From IMG/VR virus record IMGVR_UViG_3300015155_000017: DNA of 61,304 nt; one strand, given 5' to 3'. Position 1 is the stretch's first letter, and every line of letters begins with the position of its first letter. This stretch comes from a virus. Taxonomy: Duplodnaviria; Heunggongvirae; Uroviricota; Caudoviricetes. Positions 40,464 through 53,545 of the stretch are shown in pieces. A program made the position numbers and the translations under genes. The notes under the pieces are model-generated. The model searched no databases, was not told the origin of the DNA, and saw only the letters and a list, made by a program, of their open reading frames with translations.

Positions 40464-43400
40464 TTATGCGTATTGTTGGATGACGGCCAGAACGTCCGCC
40501 ACGTTGTGTTTTGTCTCGATAATCCACCAGTTACCCGGGAAATCGCTGTTCTTCGCCTTCGCTGGCAGCCAGCGAGCGCCGAATTTCGCCTTGATTGCGT
40601 CTTTGGCACGGAAAAGAACGCCTTTCATGCCTGAGGCTTCCTGAAGCCCAAATACCTCGCCAGCGGCGAATTTTGGTGCGTACATCATCTTCAGGTCGGC
40701 GGTGGATACGCGATAATTCAGACCAAGAGACTGAGCTATGCTGGTGGCATCACCCTGTATTGATGATAACTCTTCTTGTTTCTCGTTTCTGGCGGCAATT
40801 TCTTCCTCCGTGATGTTGCCAAGGGCCAGGTTTATCCGATCAGCGTCGGCCTGTTTCTCTTCATCGGTGCGCCCGGCAAGAACCGTGTTAATTCTCTGCA
40901 ATATCTCCACATGATTCTTGCGCATGCTGAGCAATTCCGGCGTAACCTCGTTAAGATCCACCAGCCCAAGGATGGCAAGGTCGGAAAACATTGATACCAG
41001 GTTGTAGGTCATGCGATAGCTGAGTTGGCCATAGGCTGATGGCAACTGCACCGAATCCATTTTATAGGCATCCATAAATTTAGAGCCGTCGTTTACGACA
41101 TCCGCAATTGCAGGTGTGATTTTCCCTGTGGTGGCGGCCTCCCTGATTGCTGTTACCCACGATTGAGTCAGTGCGGCGACTGCATGATTCAGATTGGCTT
41201 CCCGTTCTGCTGCGATGCGCGCGCTTGCTGCGTCCATTGCCTGCTTGATATCGGCTTTATTGCTGTAAATGCCAATAGTGCCAAACTGTGCTGTGGTGAT
41301 CTCATAATCTGACGCCCGGAACTCATGGGTACCGAAAATGGCATTGGTGACCTCAAGTTCAGAATCCCCGTTACGAGTAGCCCCCTGGCTTGTTTTCTCC
41401 GGCATTTTTGCGATCGCATCCACTATTTTCTCCTGAATTGCTTCAGGGGATAGCGTATCTCCGTATGACGCGATTACATCGCCATAATTGGAGCCAAACA
41501 ATTCAACCAGGAATGTTTCTGCCGAACGGATCTGGCGGTTATTCCCTTCCGACATCATACCAAGCACCCATTTTGCAATTGACGACTTCAGCGCGCCGTC
41601 ACGGCGATCCGGGTAAACCGCATGCTTCAGTGGGGCCGTATAGGTACCAACAAAATCAATGCTATAGCCTGACTCTGTAGTCTGAACGCCGTATGAGTCA
41701 GTGATTTTGATCATGCCGCGCTGCTGGAAACGGTAGAAATCGTCACAGGAAATGATGTCGTTAATCCCGGCGATGGAGACGCCACCACTGATTTTCTGCA
41801 TAACAGCATCTTCATCGGGAGTTACATCCACCTGTTTATCCAGCGTCTTCACATCCCAGTTACCCGATTTGGTGCCTTTGAAGGTAAAGATGATCTCCAC
41901 GTCTGCGCGCTGGCTGTCGAAGTCCAGCGACTTAATGCGAACGATATCACCGGCACAATCGTAGTATTGGCCTACACGCCATGAGCGATCGCCGATAACA
42001 AGGAACTTATTCGCATGGTTAACCAGATCAGGATCAACATCCAGAATGCCTTTATTTATTGCATCCTCCACCAGCGGGCGCAGGCGTTTGATATCCGTCG
42101 CGGCCTTCTGAGTACGGTTCAATAATTTCTCATAGCGGGAGATGGCTTGAGAGATATTAGCCTTGCGCTGAATGGCGCTTTTCAACGACGCGCGATACTG
42201 TGCTAACAACGTACGGTCTGTGTGATGGACGCTACCCCAGCGGGCCTTCCAGTCTGCGTTATCAGCTGCTTTGGCCATTACCGTCTGTTTGAATTTAGCT
42301 ACCTCGGCGGTGGTCTTTTCAAGTTCCGCTTTGCTTCGCTCTAATTCAGCGGTAAGTACCTCCACATCCTCGCCAGCTGCGTGCTGCGCCTTGATGTAGT
42401 TCTGAAGGTCGATAGTAGCCTGTTCTTTCTGGCGAGCGCGTTGCGCGGCTTTCGCCTTATCCATTTGAACCTGCATCATTGCCAGACGTTCGCCATCATC
42501 CTTAGCGGTATACATCTGCATTTCGATCATATCGTTGGCGTCGGCGTTCTCCATTTCTGACTTATCTGAACGGAGGATATCGGAGATCCAGCCTGCTTTA
42601 CGCTTCAGCGTCTTCAGTCGGTATTCATCGAAAGAACCTTTGCCGCAGTAGTAGTGAACGCGTACGCTTGCACGGTTGGAGCCAACTCGGGCACCGCGAC
42701 CGTTACGCTGTGCGATACTGGCTGGTGTCCATGGCAACGTCAGATGATGGATGTCAGTCGTTCCTCGATGCAGGTTGATACCCACCTCTGCCTTTTTGTT
42801 GCAGATGATGATCGGGGTCCGGCCCTCCTGGAAGTCGGCAGCAATCTTTTCCAGACCGCCCAACGACATTTCATTTTGCTGCGCGATATAGGCGTCATAC
42901 AGAGCCATTTGCTCGTTGTATTTCGCTATCTGTGCATCTGTTGGTTCATCCGGTAACTCTTTCGGCGGTTTAACCGCTTTCAGTTTCTTACCGGTTTTAC
43001 CTGCCTCGGCAACCGTCTGAGCATTCAGGATCCCCACCTTTGAAGGTTCAAGGTTAAGAGCATTGCAGATAATGCGCTTGAGCTTCTGGTGCTGCGTTTT
43101 TTCGTCCGTGAAGATGATTTGCTTACCTTCCGGGAAAAACTCCTTCAGCGTGGCGATCAGCTTCGCGTATTTGGGTGTAACGGGGTGAGTTACGGTCTGT
43201 TCGTCAATGCCAAACCTGGCCAGGCGCTTATTCACTTCCTGCTCGAACGCTTCCGGAACCTGCAACTGAATAAACTCGCCCTTATCTATCAGGGAGTATT
43301 GCGATTGCTGCGTGATTGAATCATCACTGTCGTCGTCTTCGCTGGTGGCTTGTTTAGGCAAACTGTCCGCCAGCTGCTGCACCGCATCGGCGTACTCCGG

Positions 43401-46400
43401 CAGGAAACGATAGGTGATCCGGCGATAGTACAGGTCCATGTCAGTACATACGCGGTCCATATCCCTGATTATTGAGAAGATCGGACGGGCTTTCTCGTGC
43501 TCAATCACGCCGTCTTCATTGACCGAGGTCGTTACGCCATTGTTGGCTTTGGCCGCCGCTTCCGCCTGCTGACGCAATTCTTCATACGCCGCCAGTTGTT
43601 CTTCAGTAAGTGGTGCATCCTGCTGGTGTTCGTCCAGCTCCGGGATCTCCACGGTATCCTTAACGTCTTCCGCCGTTTTAAGCGTTACCCAGCGATGGAA
43701 TATACCGCGCAGCGCATCAAGGTTTTCAAAGCCCACCAGCGCCATTTTTTCTTCAACTTCACCGCTGATTTTCTGTACCGTTTCCAGCCTGGTCTTGCCG
43801 AAGAATTTAACGAAGTCATCAGGACCGTAGATCCCCATGTTCTGCCAGTATTCCTTCGGCAGAACATGAGAAAGCATGTTGTATGCATCGATCGGGGTGT
43901 TAACGACTGGCGTTGCAGTCAGGAGAACCGGCCCGCGCCCGCCATTCTTTTTCATCAGGTACGCGTTTTTAATTGCCATATCTCGCGCCGATTGCGCCAC
44001 CGCGCTGGTGGGCAGATAGGCCAGTTGTGACGCTTCGCGACCATTTTTATAGCTATTGCGGTAGTTGTGACCTTCGTCAGCGATCACACTATCGAAGCCC
44101 ATATCCTCAAAGTACGGATACTTCTCTGCTTTTTCGGTGCCGGTATCTGAATACTCCGACAATACCCGGCGACGCGCGGCCTCTTTGCGGTGGGAGTCGG
44201 AGTCCATTGCGCTGGCTACGCGTCCGGCGGCAACGAAGTCATAAAGCATATCCTGTGCATGCTCATCTACGGTGTCATCACGTAGCGGAATGCGGGCGTA
44301 TTGTTCTTTGGTAAACACGACTGCACGGTAATTTGAGTGCGGGATCGCGTTCATCCGCGCCGTGATAGTGGCTTCATCTGCCAGTTTTAGGGCATCGCGC
44401 ATAACTGGAGTGCCATCAGTACCAAGAACAGGTTTACCGTTCTCATCGAGCACCGGCACCTGGCGAATCTGATCGCCATCCATCAGCACATCAAGACCGA
44501 CGAACAGGTAGTTACTGAATGCCTCTTCACTCAGGAATTCTTTTGCTTCGTAATACCAGTTTTCCAGCACTGATTTAGGCACTACATACGCAGTACGGGT
44601 GGAGCGACCGTTCTCATAGTTGAACGCCTCAAGCGCCAGCGCGGTCGTAGTTTTACCCAGCCCGGTGCCGAAGCCCAGGATGCCGCGCCCATCTTCGGAC
44701 AGTCGGCGCACTTCGCTATTCTGGTAATCAAATGGCTGGCGCTTACCGCTTAATCCCTTCAACCCAAGCGGATCGCCAGAGTGTTCATACGGGATATTGC
44801 TATTGAACACATCGTTGTATTTGGCAACCAGTTCATCGTAGCGATCGTGCGTCTTGATCCACTTATTGAACTGGTCCTCAAGCAGTGCCATCTGCTCGCG
44901 GTAGCCGTTCGCCGTCGCGCTATCTTTGCCACCGATACGCGCACCATTGAGATACTTTTCCAGCTGTGCCGGGAACCCGGTCGCGTTTTCACCTGATTTA
45001 CGGTCCCACTCGTAGCGGATCTCGCCTGTTTCTTTATCCTTGCGCTGGACGACACCGTATCGGTGCCCGACGAACAGACCATCACCACCGTGATAGGTGT
45101 CAGAAACCATTTCGTCGCCTTCCAGCTGCACTGACTGCACATAGCGAAGATCCGGATAGCCGTTTTCCTGCAAAAATTCCAGAATGACGGAACGGTCGAA
45201 CCAACGGCTATTGAGCTTAAAGCGGATATTCTCTGCTGGCGTCTTGATGCGCTTCTCTTCGATCGCTGCCAGCTGATTAAGGACGTTGTTCTTTACTGGA
45301 CCGTCGGGGAGTGTGGCAAGGAATTCCTGTTTTGGTGCCACTATCTCGTTAATGTCTCCGCTGGTGGCGCGGGCGAACGGAACAATCCCGCCATACGGTG
45401 AAACCGCAATGCCAGGGGTGCTGGCCAATAAATTAAGCAACTCGTCATCACTGGCTGGCAGTTCGCCGGTAAACGCAAGGCGGAAATCATCGAGCTGGAT
45501 TGGATCGCGAGTGAGATCACTGTAGAGATAACGCAGGGTGTCCTGATAGCTGGTGGAGTCATAACTGGCGCTGGAATCATGCGTAACCAGTTTTCCTGTC
45601 AGCTCGTCAGAAATAGTGCCATCCAGCTTAATTGCACCACGGAAAGCAAACCAGGCGCGCGCACCGCTCCCCGATAATTTCGCTATCGGACCGCGACCGG
45701 GGTTACCAAAACGGTCAATCTCTGCCTGCAAACGGGATACCAGAGAAAGGCGCTGCTGTTCGATTTGTTCAGCACTATGCCCGGCGGCCTTCATGTCCTG
45801 ATATTCAATTAACATCCGGCCAATCATCGCCCCGCGATACAAGCGTTCACGGTATTTTTCAGGCTGGCTGTTAATCCAGTCCACCAGCTGCACCATATCG
45901 TCGCTGATTGATGTGGTGTATTTATCGCGGACATTTGCCATCTGGGTAAATGTCATACCGAGACGGCCTTCTGTTGTAGTCAGGTTACGCTGAAGAGCCT
46001 CCCAGCTATCCGCGCCATAACTGGCAGCATCAATTTTAAGTTCCTTCCCGGCATCAGCTTCAATCCAGCGACCACCAGCATATTTTTGCCATACGCCATT
46101 AATCAGGCGCATTTCCCCTTCACCAACAACGTCTGCGGTCGGTGACGGTTCAGCCATATCGAGCAAAGACCAGTCGATACGGCTTTCGAAACGATGAATC
46201 AGCTTCGCTTTAAGAGCCTGGTTATCAATCTGACCGTCGGCACGAACCTCAATACGCCCCTGGAAGCCCTTTTCCTGGGTGCCATGAACAAACCGGCGGC
46301 CATCCTTTTCAAACCACTTGCCAGAAATAAACGTTGGCCAAAGCACATTTGCCGATTCAAGAGTGCTTTCATCCACCAGGGGGATTTTCTCAGCCATCTC

Positions 46401-47231
46401 TGCCGGATGTTTGCGCATCAGCACCACATCTACGACCGTACTGGTCCCGTTTGCGTCAAAAGTACCGGTAGGCAAGCGGTGGGCACCAAGAAATTCAGCT
46501 TTCCGTGATAGGCGCAGGCGTAACCGCTTCATGTTTGAACCTGAAACAATGGACGGCGGCACAATCACGCACATGAATCCGCCTGGCTTTATCTTGTCCA
46601 GCATGCGGAGCATGAAGTAAGAACCCATGTCCGTTTCTTCTGCGTAAGGCTTATCGATGTTGCGTGTGTTATCACGACCGCCGAACGGAACGTTACCCAC
46701 AACATGGTCGAATGAATCGTTAGGTGTGCTTACAGCCAGCTGTTCGAACGGGGAAATCTGTACGCTGTCTTCCGGGTGTAACAACTGGTTTATACGACCG
46801 GAAACACTGCTGATCTCAGTCGCGGTCATCACCGTACCAACCGGTTTTGTCTCATTAAAAACGCCGGTTCCCGCCGATGGTTCCAGAGTGTTACCTACGT
46901 CCGCGCCGTAGAGCTTCATGATCTCCCAGACACCTTCAGCGATCGGCTTTGGTGTGTAATATTCGGAGACGGACCCGCCAATGCCGCCTTCACCGGTGTA
47001 CCCAGCCAGGATCTGGCGCTGTTCATCTGTCAGTGTCGCGCCGTCCACCAGTGAATTAAGCAAATCTATCGCCTTCTGATTCGCCTCCCGGCGCAGTCGG
47101 TCATAGCTTTTGCCTTCCACCTTTTCCACGCCGTATTTAATCGGCGCTCGGTGAGATGTTATTGCCCTAATGTATTTCAATATTTCGCTGACACTTGAAC
47201 AGCGAAACACCCCCATAGATAGCTTGTTCAT
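40464..47231 (-). CDS. darB: DarB antirestriction protein, methyltransferase-helicase fusion (2255 aa)
   Basis: Length matches P1 DarB; Walker A GFGTGLGKTT, DEGH box, N-terminal MTase-like region. Confidence 0.9.
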   Translation of the reverse strand: MNKLSMGVFRCSSVSEILKYIRAITSHRAPIKYGVEKVEGKSYDRLRREANQKAIDLLNSLVDGATLTDEQRQILAGYTGEGGIGGSVSEYYTPKPIAEGVWEIMKLYGADVGNTLEPSAGTGVFNETKPVGTVMTATEISSVSGRINQLLHPEDSVQISPFEQLAVSTPNDSFDHVVGNVPFGGRDNTRNIDKPYAEETDMGSYFMLRMLDKIKPGGFMCVIVPPSIVSGSNMKRLRLRLSRKAEFLGAHRLPTGTFDANGTSTVVDVVLMRKHPAEMAEKIPLVDESTLESANVLWPTFISGKWFEKDGRRFVHGTQEKGFQGRIEVRADGQIDNQALKAKLIHRFESRIDWSLLDMAEPSPTADVVGEGEMRLINGVWQKYAGGRWIEADAGKELKIDAASYGADSWEALQRNLTTTEGRLGMTFTQMANVRDKYTTSISDDMVQLVDWINSQPEKYRERLYRGAMIGRMLIEYQDMKAAGHSAEQIEQQRLSLVSRLQAEIDRFGNPGRGPIAKLSGSGARAWFAFRGAIKLDGTISDELTGKLVTHDSSASYDSTSYQDTLRYLYSDLTRDPIQLDDFRLAFTGELPASDDELLNLLASTPGIAVSPYGGIVPFARATSGDINEIVAPKQEFLATLPDGPVKNNVLNQLAAIEEKRIKTPAENIRFKLNSRWFDRSVILEFLQENGYPDLRYVQSVQLEGDEMVSDTYHGGDGLFVGHRYGVVQRKDKETGEIRYEWDRKSGENATGFPAQLEKYLNGARIGGKDSATANGYREQMALLEDQFNKWIKTHDRYDELVAKYNDVFNSNIPYEHSGDPLGLKGLSGKRQPFDYQNSEVRRLSEDGRGILGFGTGLGKTTTALALEAFNYENGRSTRTAYVVPKSVLENWYYEAKEFLSEEAFSNYLFVGLDVLMDGDQIRQVPVLDENGKPVLGTDGTPVMRDALKLADEATITARMNAIPHSNYRAVVFTKEQYARIPLRDDTVDEHAQDMLYDFVAAGRVASAMDSDSHRKEAARRRVLSEYSDTGTEKAEKYPYFEDMGFDSVIADEGHNYRNSYKNGREASQLAYLPTSAVAQSARDMAIKNAYLMKKNGGRGPVLLTATPVVNTPIDAYNMLSHVLPKEYWQNMGIYGPDDFVKFFGKTRLETVQKISGEVEEKMALVGFENLDALRGIFHRWVTLKTAEDVKDTVEIPELDEHQQDAPLTEEQLAAYEELRQQAEAAAKANNGVTTSVNEDGVIEHEKARPIFSIIRDMDRVCTDMDLYYRRITYRFLPEYADAVQQLADSLPKQATSEDDDSDDSITQQSQYSLIDKGEFIQLQVPEAFEQEVNKRLARFGIDEQTVTHPVTPKYAKLIATLKEFFPEGKQIIFTDEKTQHQKLKRIICNALNLEPSKVGILNAQTVAEAGKTGKKLKAVKPPKELPDEPTDAQIAKYNEQMALYDAYIAQQNEMSLGGLEKIAADFQEGRTPIIICNKKAEVGINLHRGTTDIHHLTLPWTPASIAQRNGRGARVGSNRASVRVHYYCGKGSFDEYRLKTLKRKAGWISDILRSDKSEMENADANDMIEMQMYTAKDDGERLAMMQVQMDKAKAAQRARQKEQATIDLQNYIKAQHAAGEDVEVLTAELERSKAELEKTTAEVAKFKQTVMAKAADNADWKARWGSVHHTDRTLLAQYRASLKSAIQRKANISQAISRYEKLLNRTQKAATDIKRLRPLVEDAINKGILDVDPDLVNHANKFLVIGDRSWRVGQYYDCAGDIVRIKSLDFDSQRADVEIIFTFKGTKSGNWDVKTLDKQVDVTPDEDAVMQKISGGVSIAGINDIISCDDFYRFQQRGMIKITDSYGVQTTESGYSIDFVGTYTAPLKHAVYPDRRDGALKSSIAKWVLGMMSEGNNRQIRSAETFLVELFGSNYGDVIASYGDTLSPEAIQEKIVDAIAKMPEKTSQGATRNGDSELEVTNAIFGTHEFRASDYEITTAQFGTIGIYSNKADIKQAMDAASARIAAEREANLNHAVAALTQSWVTAIREAATTGKITPAIADVVNDGSKFMDAYKMDSVQLPSAYGQLSYRMTYNLVSMFSDLAILGLVDLNEVTPELLSMRKNHVEILQRINTVLAGRTDEEKQADADRINLALGNITEEEIAARNEKQEELSSIQGDATSIAQSLGLNYRVSTADLKMMYAPKFAAGEVFGLQEASGMKGVLFRAKDAIKAKFGARWLPAKAKNSDFPGNWWIIETKHNVADVLAVIQQYA

Positions 47232-47242
47232 TGGTAATCCTT

Positions 47243-47257
47243 AACAAGTGACTAGTG
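47243..47257 (+). promoter_or_regulatory. candidate late promoter element AACAAGTGACTAGTG in the darB/prt divergent region
   Basis: Strongest instance of the recurring motif. Confidence 0.35.
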
Positions 47258-47297
47258 TTAAATTCCGTTCAAACACGATGTGAATTATTCTAATTAA

Positions 47298-50028
<2,731 letters not shown>

Positions 50029-50040
50029 CCACCAAAAATA

Positions 50041-50066
50041 ACCCCGGCGGCTGCCGGGGTTCTCGT
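50041..50066. terminator. bidirectional terminator between pro and the lysis genes
   Basis: ACCCCGGC GGCT GCCGGGGT. Confidence 0.6.
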
Positions 50067-50072
50067 TAACTA

Positions 50073-50327
50073 TTATCGCCTTCGCCTGCGTGCCATATAT
50101 TTGCGCACCGCGCGGCGTGGACAATCTGAAGCGGTTTCTTTCTGCTGCATCAATCTTGCAGCCATGCTCAAAAATGTCAGGCACAGCCGAAGCCCAGCAT
50201 ACAATAGCGGTTCCAGTGGCCACGTCTCATTGAGCACATATACCGCCATGAAAATCGAGTCGAAAACTATCGCCGCCAGCGATAACTTCATTGTCGAAAG
50301 TCGGCGGAGCTGCCGGAGTTTATTCAT
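50073..50327 (-). CDS. small membrane protein downstream of lyz (84 aa)
   Basis: ATG overlaps the lyz stop region; hydrophobic segment. Confidence 0.45.
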   Translation of the reverse strand: MNKLRQLRRLSTMKLSLAAIVFDSIFMAVYVLNETWPLEPLLYAGLRLCLTFLSMAARLMQQKETASDCPRRAVRKYMARRRRR

Positions 50328-50877
50328 TGACCAGTCCTGTCAGGCAAAGCTGGCGTTCTTTTTCACGGCGAATCTTTAAACCTCGCAGGGGCACGCCGTT
50401 ACTGTTCACGAAATCAGGGAGATGGTTACACATATTCACCCATTCCCCTTTCTGCGCCCACTTGTGGATGGACGTTTCTACTCGCATGCCTCGCGCTTTG
50501 CTGTAGTAGGTTCGTAAGCTATTGCATCCCATATTGAATGCCGCGCTTGTCATTGCACTGAAGGCATTATCGGGCATGTCTTTGCCCCGGAAGTGCTGAT
50601 TAATACAGCGTTCAGCGATCAGGATATTCTTTTCCCAATCAGCGGCGATTTGCTGGTCTGTTTTTCGCACACCCGGCGTTACCCCGTGTGTATTACCGAT
50701 CCCGTCAGTCCATACCCCTGCCGGACACATGTATGGATCACGTCGGCAACCTTCAGCGTTTCCGATAAGCTCAAGCCCCGCCTGGTTGGTTCGCACATTG
50801 CCATTACCCATCACGATGGTAATCATCACCGCGATAGCGCAAATTGCACCGCCTCCTGCGGCTGTTTTTCCCTTCAT
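50320..50877 (-). CDS. lyz: SAR (signal-arrest-release) endolysin, lysozyme (185 aa)
   Basis: MKGKTAAGGGAICAIAVMITIVMGNGNVRTNQAGLELIGNAEGC matches the P1 Lyz SAR domain as I recall it. Confidence 0.9.
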   Translation of the reverse strand: MKGKTAAGGGAICAIAVMITIVMGNGNVRTNQAGLELIGNAEGCRRDPYMCPAGVWTDGIGNTHGVTPGVRKTDQQIAADWEKNILIAERCINQHFRGKDMPDNAFSAMTSAAFNMGCNSLRTYYSKARGMRVETSIHKWAQKGEWVNMCNHLPDFVNSNGVPLRGLKIRREKERQLCLTGLVNE

Positions 50878-50975
50878 AAAGACCTCATAAGCGAATTTTT
50901 TACGCTCCAGGACAAACACCCATTCACAGCCAATACCGACTGACTCGATCCCTTTAGAAGGCACAGGATAATGCA

Positions 50976-50988
50976 AATCACTTGTTAG
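50976..50988 (-). promoter_or_regulatory. candidate late promoter element (CTAACAAGTGATT on minus strand) upstream of lyz
   Basis: Motif family member. Confidence 0.3.
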
Positions 50989-51010
50989 CTACGTTTCAAA
51001 GATATACATT

Positions 51011-51027
51011 ATTGCTCTAATTAATTT
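51011..51027 (+). promoter_or_regulatory. C1 operator upstream of ssb
   Basis: ATTGCTCTAATTAATTT. Confidence 0.6.
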
Positions 51028-51046
51028 ATTTTATTAGGTAAGACAA

Positions 51047-51535
51047 GTGGCACAACGCGGTGTAAACAAAGTCATCCTGATTGGTACCCTGGGGCAAGAC
51101 CCGGAGATCAGGTATATACCAAATGGCGGCGCGGTCGGAAGACTAAGCATCGCAACGAATGAATCATGGCGCGACAAGCAAACGGGCCAACAGAAAGAGC
51201 AAACAGAATGGCATAAAGTCGTTTTGTTCGGGAAACTTGCTGAAATTGCGAGTGAGTATTTACGAAAAGGTTCTCAGGTCTACATCGAAGGGAAACTTAA
51301 AACCCGTAAGTGGACAGATGACGCCGGTGTAGAACGTTACACGACGGAAATTATCGTCAGCCAGGGCGGCACCATGCAAATGATCGGCGCTCGCCGTGAC
51401 GATTCACAGTCCTCAAATGGCTGGGGGCAATCAAACCAACCTCAAAACCACCAGCAATACAGTGGTGGCGGTAAACCTCAGAGCAACGCCAATAACGAAC
51501 CTCCAATGGACTTTGACGACGATATTCCGTTTTGA
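51047..51535 (+). CDS. ssb: single-stranded DNA-binding protein (162 aa)
   Basis: OB-fold N-terminus, Gly/Gln-rich linker, C-terminal DFDDDIPF tail. Confidence 0.95.
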   Translation: MAQRGVNKVILIGTLGQDPEIRYIPNGGAVGRLSIATNESWRDKQTGQQKEQTEWHKVVLFGKLAEIASEYLRKGSQVYIEGKLKTRKWTDDAGVERYTTEIIVSQGGTMQMIGARRDDSQSSNGWGQSNQPQNHQQYSGGGKPQSNANNEPPMDFDDDIPF

Positions 51536-51732
51536 ATGTGTAAAAAACGACTGAAAGAAAAGCGGTGGTCCAGACGCCGACAAAAGCACGAACTCGCAAA
51601 CAAACGCCAAAGTTGGCAATGGCACGCGCTTTTCACGAAAAGAACACCCCGAGATATTGCTTTCGCTGGTGGGAAAACATTCCTGACCCACCTGAAGGCG
51701 CAAGACATCAGGTTTTAAGCAGAGGAAAGACT

Positions 51733-52410
51733 ATGAATAACATGACAACGAAAGAGCTTTTGACGGCACTTCCAAAATACAAAAGCCATAAAACAGTTCG
51801 CGCCTCAAAAATCAAAGATATCGAAATTATCGCCCTAATGGATGTGGTCCTTCTTTGCAACATCGAAGTCGTTGAGCCAGAAGGGGTAAAAGTCCATGTT
51901 GATAAAATGTTTTTGCAAAAACACCGACCAGAAATTGGCGGATATCTGGTCGCTTATGAGGACGGATCTCTGTCCTATTCACCAGAAAAAACATTTGAAG
52001 AAGGCTTTAGTCGGACTAACGACTTCTTCGAAAATGGGGTATCGCTCAGCATTGAAGGTCACAATGGGGTGACATTCATTACAGCCAGGGACGTAACTAT
52101 TTCTGCTGGCGGTATCGCTACTCTACAAGAAGAAATCGACCTTGAAGCAGCCGACTTTTCTGACGCGCTGATGTGGCTGAAGGATGGCAAGAAAGTTGCT
52201 CGACGCGGGTGGAACGGCGAAAACCAATTCTGCTGGCTGGTTCCTGAAGGACAGTACCCGGCACGAATGGAAGCCATTAAGGGATATTTCCCCGGCGACC
52301 TCGTTCCGTATGGTGCTTATTTCGCCTTAAAAAATGCACAAGGTGTAGTTGTTCCGTGGGTTCCTTCTGTAGGCGACTTACTGGCATGTGACTGGTTTGT
52401 AGTGGAGTGA
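51733..52410 (+). CDS. two-domain protein with C-terminal DUF2829/Tad2-like domain (225 aa)
   Basis: FSDALMWLKDGKKVARRGWNG...VPWVPSVGDLLACDWFVVE fits the DUF2829 pattern as I recall it; AGAGGAAAG SD. Confidence 0.6.
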   Translation: MNNMTTKELLTALPKYKSHKTVRASKIKDIEIIALMDVVLLCNIEVVEPEGVKVHVDKMFLQKHRPEIGGYLVAYEDGSLSYSPEKTFEEGFSRTNDFFENGVSLSIEGHNGVTFITARDVTISAGGIATLQEEIDLEAADFSDALMWLKDGKKVARRGWNGENQFCWLVPEGQYPARMEAIKGYFPGDLVPYGAYFALKNAQGVVVPWVPSVGDLLACDWFVVE

Positions 52411-52416
52411 TTTAAC

Positions 52417-53205
52417 GTGGAAAATACTAAAGCAATTCAATACCGCCTGCGTAATGGTCAGAGTGTCGAAGTGACCATCAATAATGATGGTGTGCCTGGC
52501 GAAAAGGTTTCGATCTCTGATCTGGCTATCGAAAAAACCATCATGTGCCACCTTGGCTTTACTGAAGAAGTGAGCAAAAAGCATGGTGTAGCTATCTGGC
52601 GCACAATGGATACTGGCATGCGCAGATTCATTACTGCTCGTACCCCTGGTATGACCATGATGGACCTCATGCAGATTGCGCCGCTGTTTGAGTGTGAACC
52701 TTTGGATGTATTCAGCAATCCAGCTATCTGCCAGCAGTTATATGGTGAGATGAAACTCGCGGTTACCCCCATTGTGCTGCATGAAGGATCGCTTGCTGGC
52801 GTGTGGAAAGTAGAGCGTATTTCAAGCTACATGCCCTTCCATTTCCATGTCAACGGCATAATCACTGGTGAAAACCAACCTGTTTCCGTTACAAAGTCAG
52901 ACCTCAAGCGCGCAATTCTTGAAGCAAGTTGTCGAGTTATCGGCCTGGGCAAACAGTCTTATGTTTCCTTCCCGGCTGGCCCTGAAGGCCCGGCAGAAAT
53001 TCTGATTATGGATGCCGATCTGCTCTGGCAAATACAGTTTCTGATTGGCAAAAGCATCATCCGCGCTGAAGAACTCGATCAGTACATTACCTGCACGATG
53101 ACGGATGAAGTCAAAAGTGTGGCTATAGCCAATGCCCGGAACCTATGTCGTGCTGCATTAACAGAACTGCAAGAAAACACCACGGAAGAAGTGGAAAGCG
53201 ATTAA
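52417..53205 (+). CDS. hypothetical protein (262 aa)
   Basis: GTG start after upstream stop. Confidence 0.5.
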   Translation: MENTKAIQYRLRNGQSVEVTINNDGVPGEKVSISDLAIEKTIMCHLGFTEEVSKKHGVAIWRTMDTGMRRFITARTPGMTMMDLMQIAPLFECEPLDVFSNPAICQQLYGEMKLAVTPIVLHEGSLAGVWKVERISSYMPFHFHVNGIITGENQPVSVTKSDLKRAILEASCRVIGLGKQSYVSFPAGPEGPAEILIMDADLLWQIQFLIGKSIIRAEELDQYITCTMTDEVKSVAIANARNLCRAALTELQENTTEEVESD

Positions 53206-53235
53206 AAAAATCCCGCCAATCGGCGGGATTTCTTC
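53203..53235. terminator. bidirectional terminator
   Basis: AAAAAAA TCCCGCC AATC GGCGGGA TTTCTTC between convergent genes. Confidence 0.65.
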
Positions 53236-53545
53236 AATATACGATCTGGTCTACATGATCACCAAAATCATCGTCGTCGTCGTCCTCATCGCCACCATCT
53301 ACTGCTGGCCAATCAACAAACCAGCCAGCGTAAAGATGCAGCGTTCGGAGAACATCACTTGCGGGAGCATCAAGGGTGTTAACGAATCCCATATAGCTAT
53401 TGGGATTTGCCCCAGCTATGGCTTCAGCGATCATGTCCTCGGTAATGTCACCGGAGATAATGCTTAAACGCCCGGAAACTTCTTCATTATCATCAAATTC
53501 GATAATGGCATCTCCGCCTAATGGCGCTGCGATTTTAATCTGCAT
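53234..53545 (-). CDS. iddB: acidic small protein, last gene of dar operon (103 aa)
   Basis: C-terminal poly-Asp run; symbol from P1 position. Confidence 0.5.
   Translation of the reverse strand: MQIKIAAPLGGDAIIEFDDNEEVSGRLSIISGDITEDMIAEAIAGANPNSYMGFVNTLDAPASDVLRTLHLYAGWFVDWPAVDGGDEDDDDDDFGDHVDQIVY

Noticed and set aside
40464-47231. A 2255-aa giant ORF as a possible novel system
   Set aside because: Length, domain order (MTase-like N-terminus, helicase motifs) and position next to ulx/lxc identify it as the known P1 antirestriction protein DarB.
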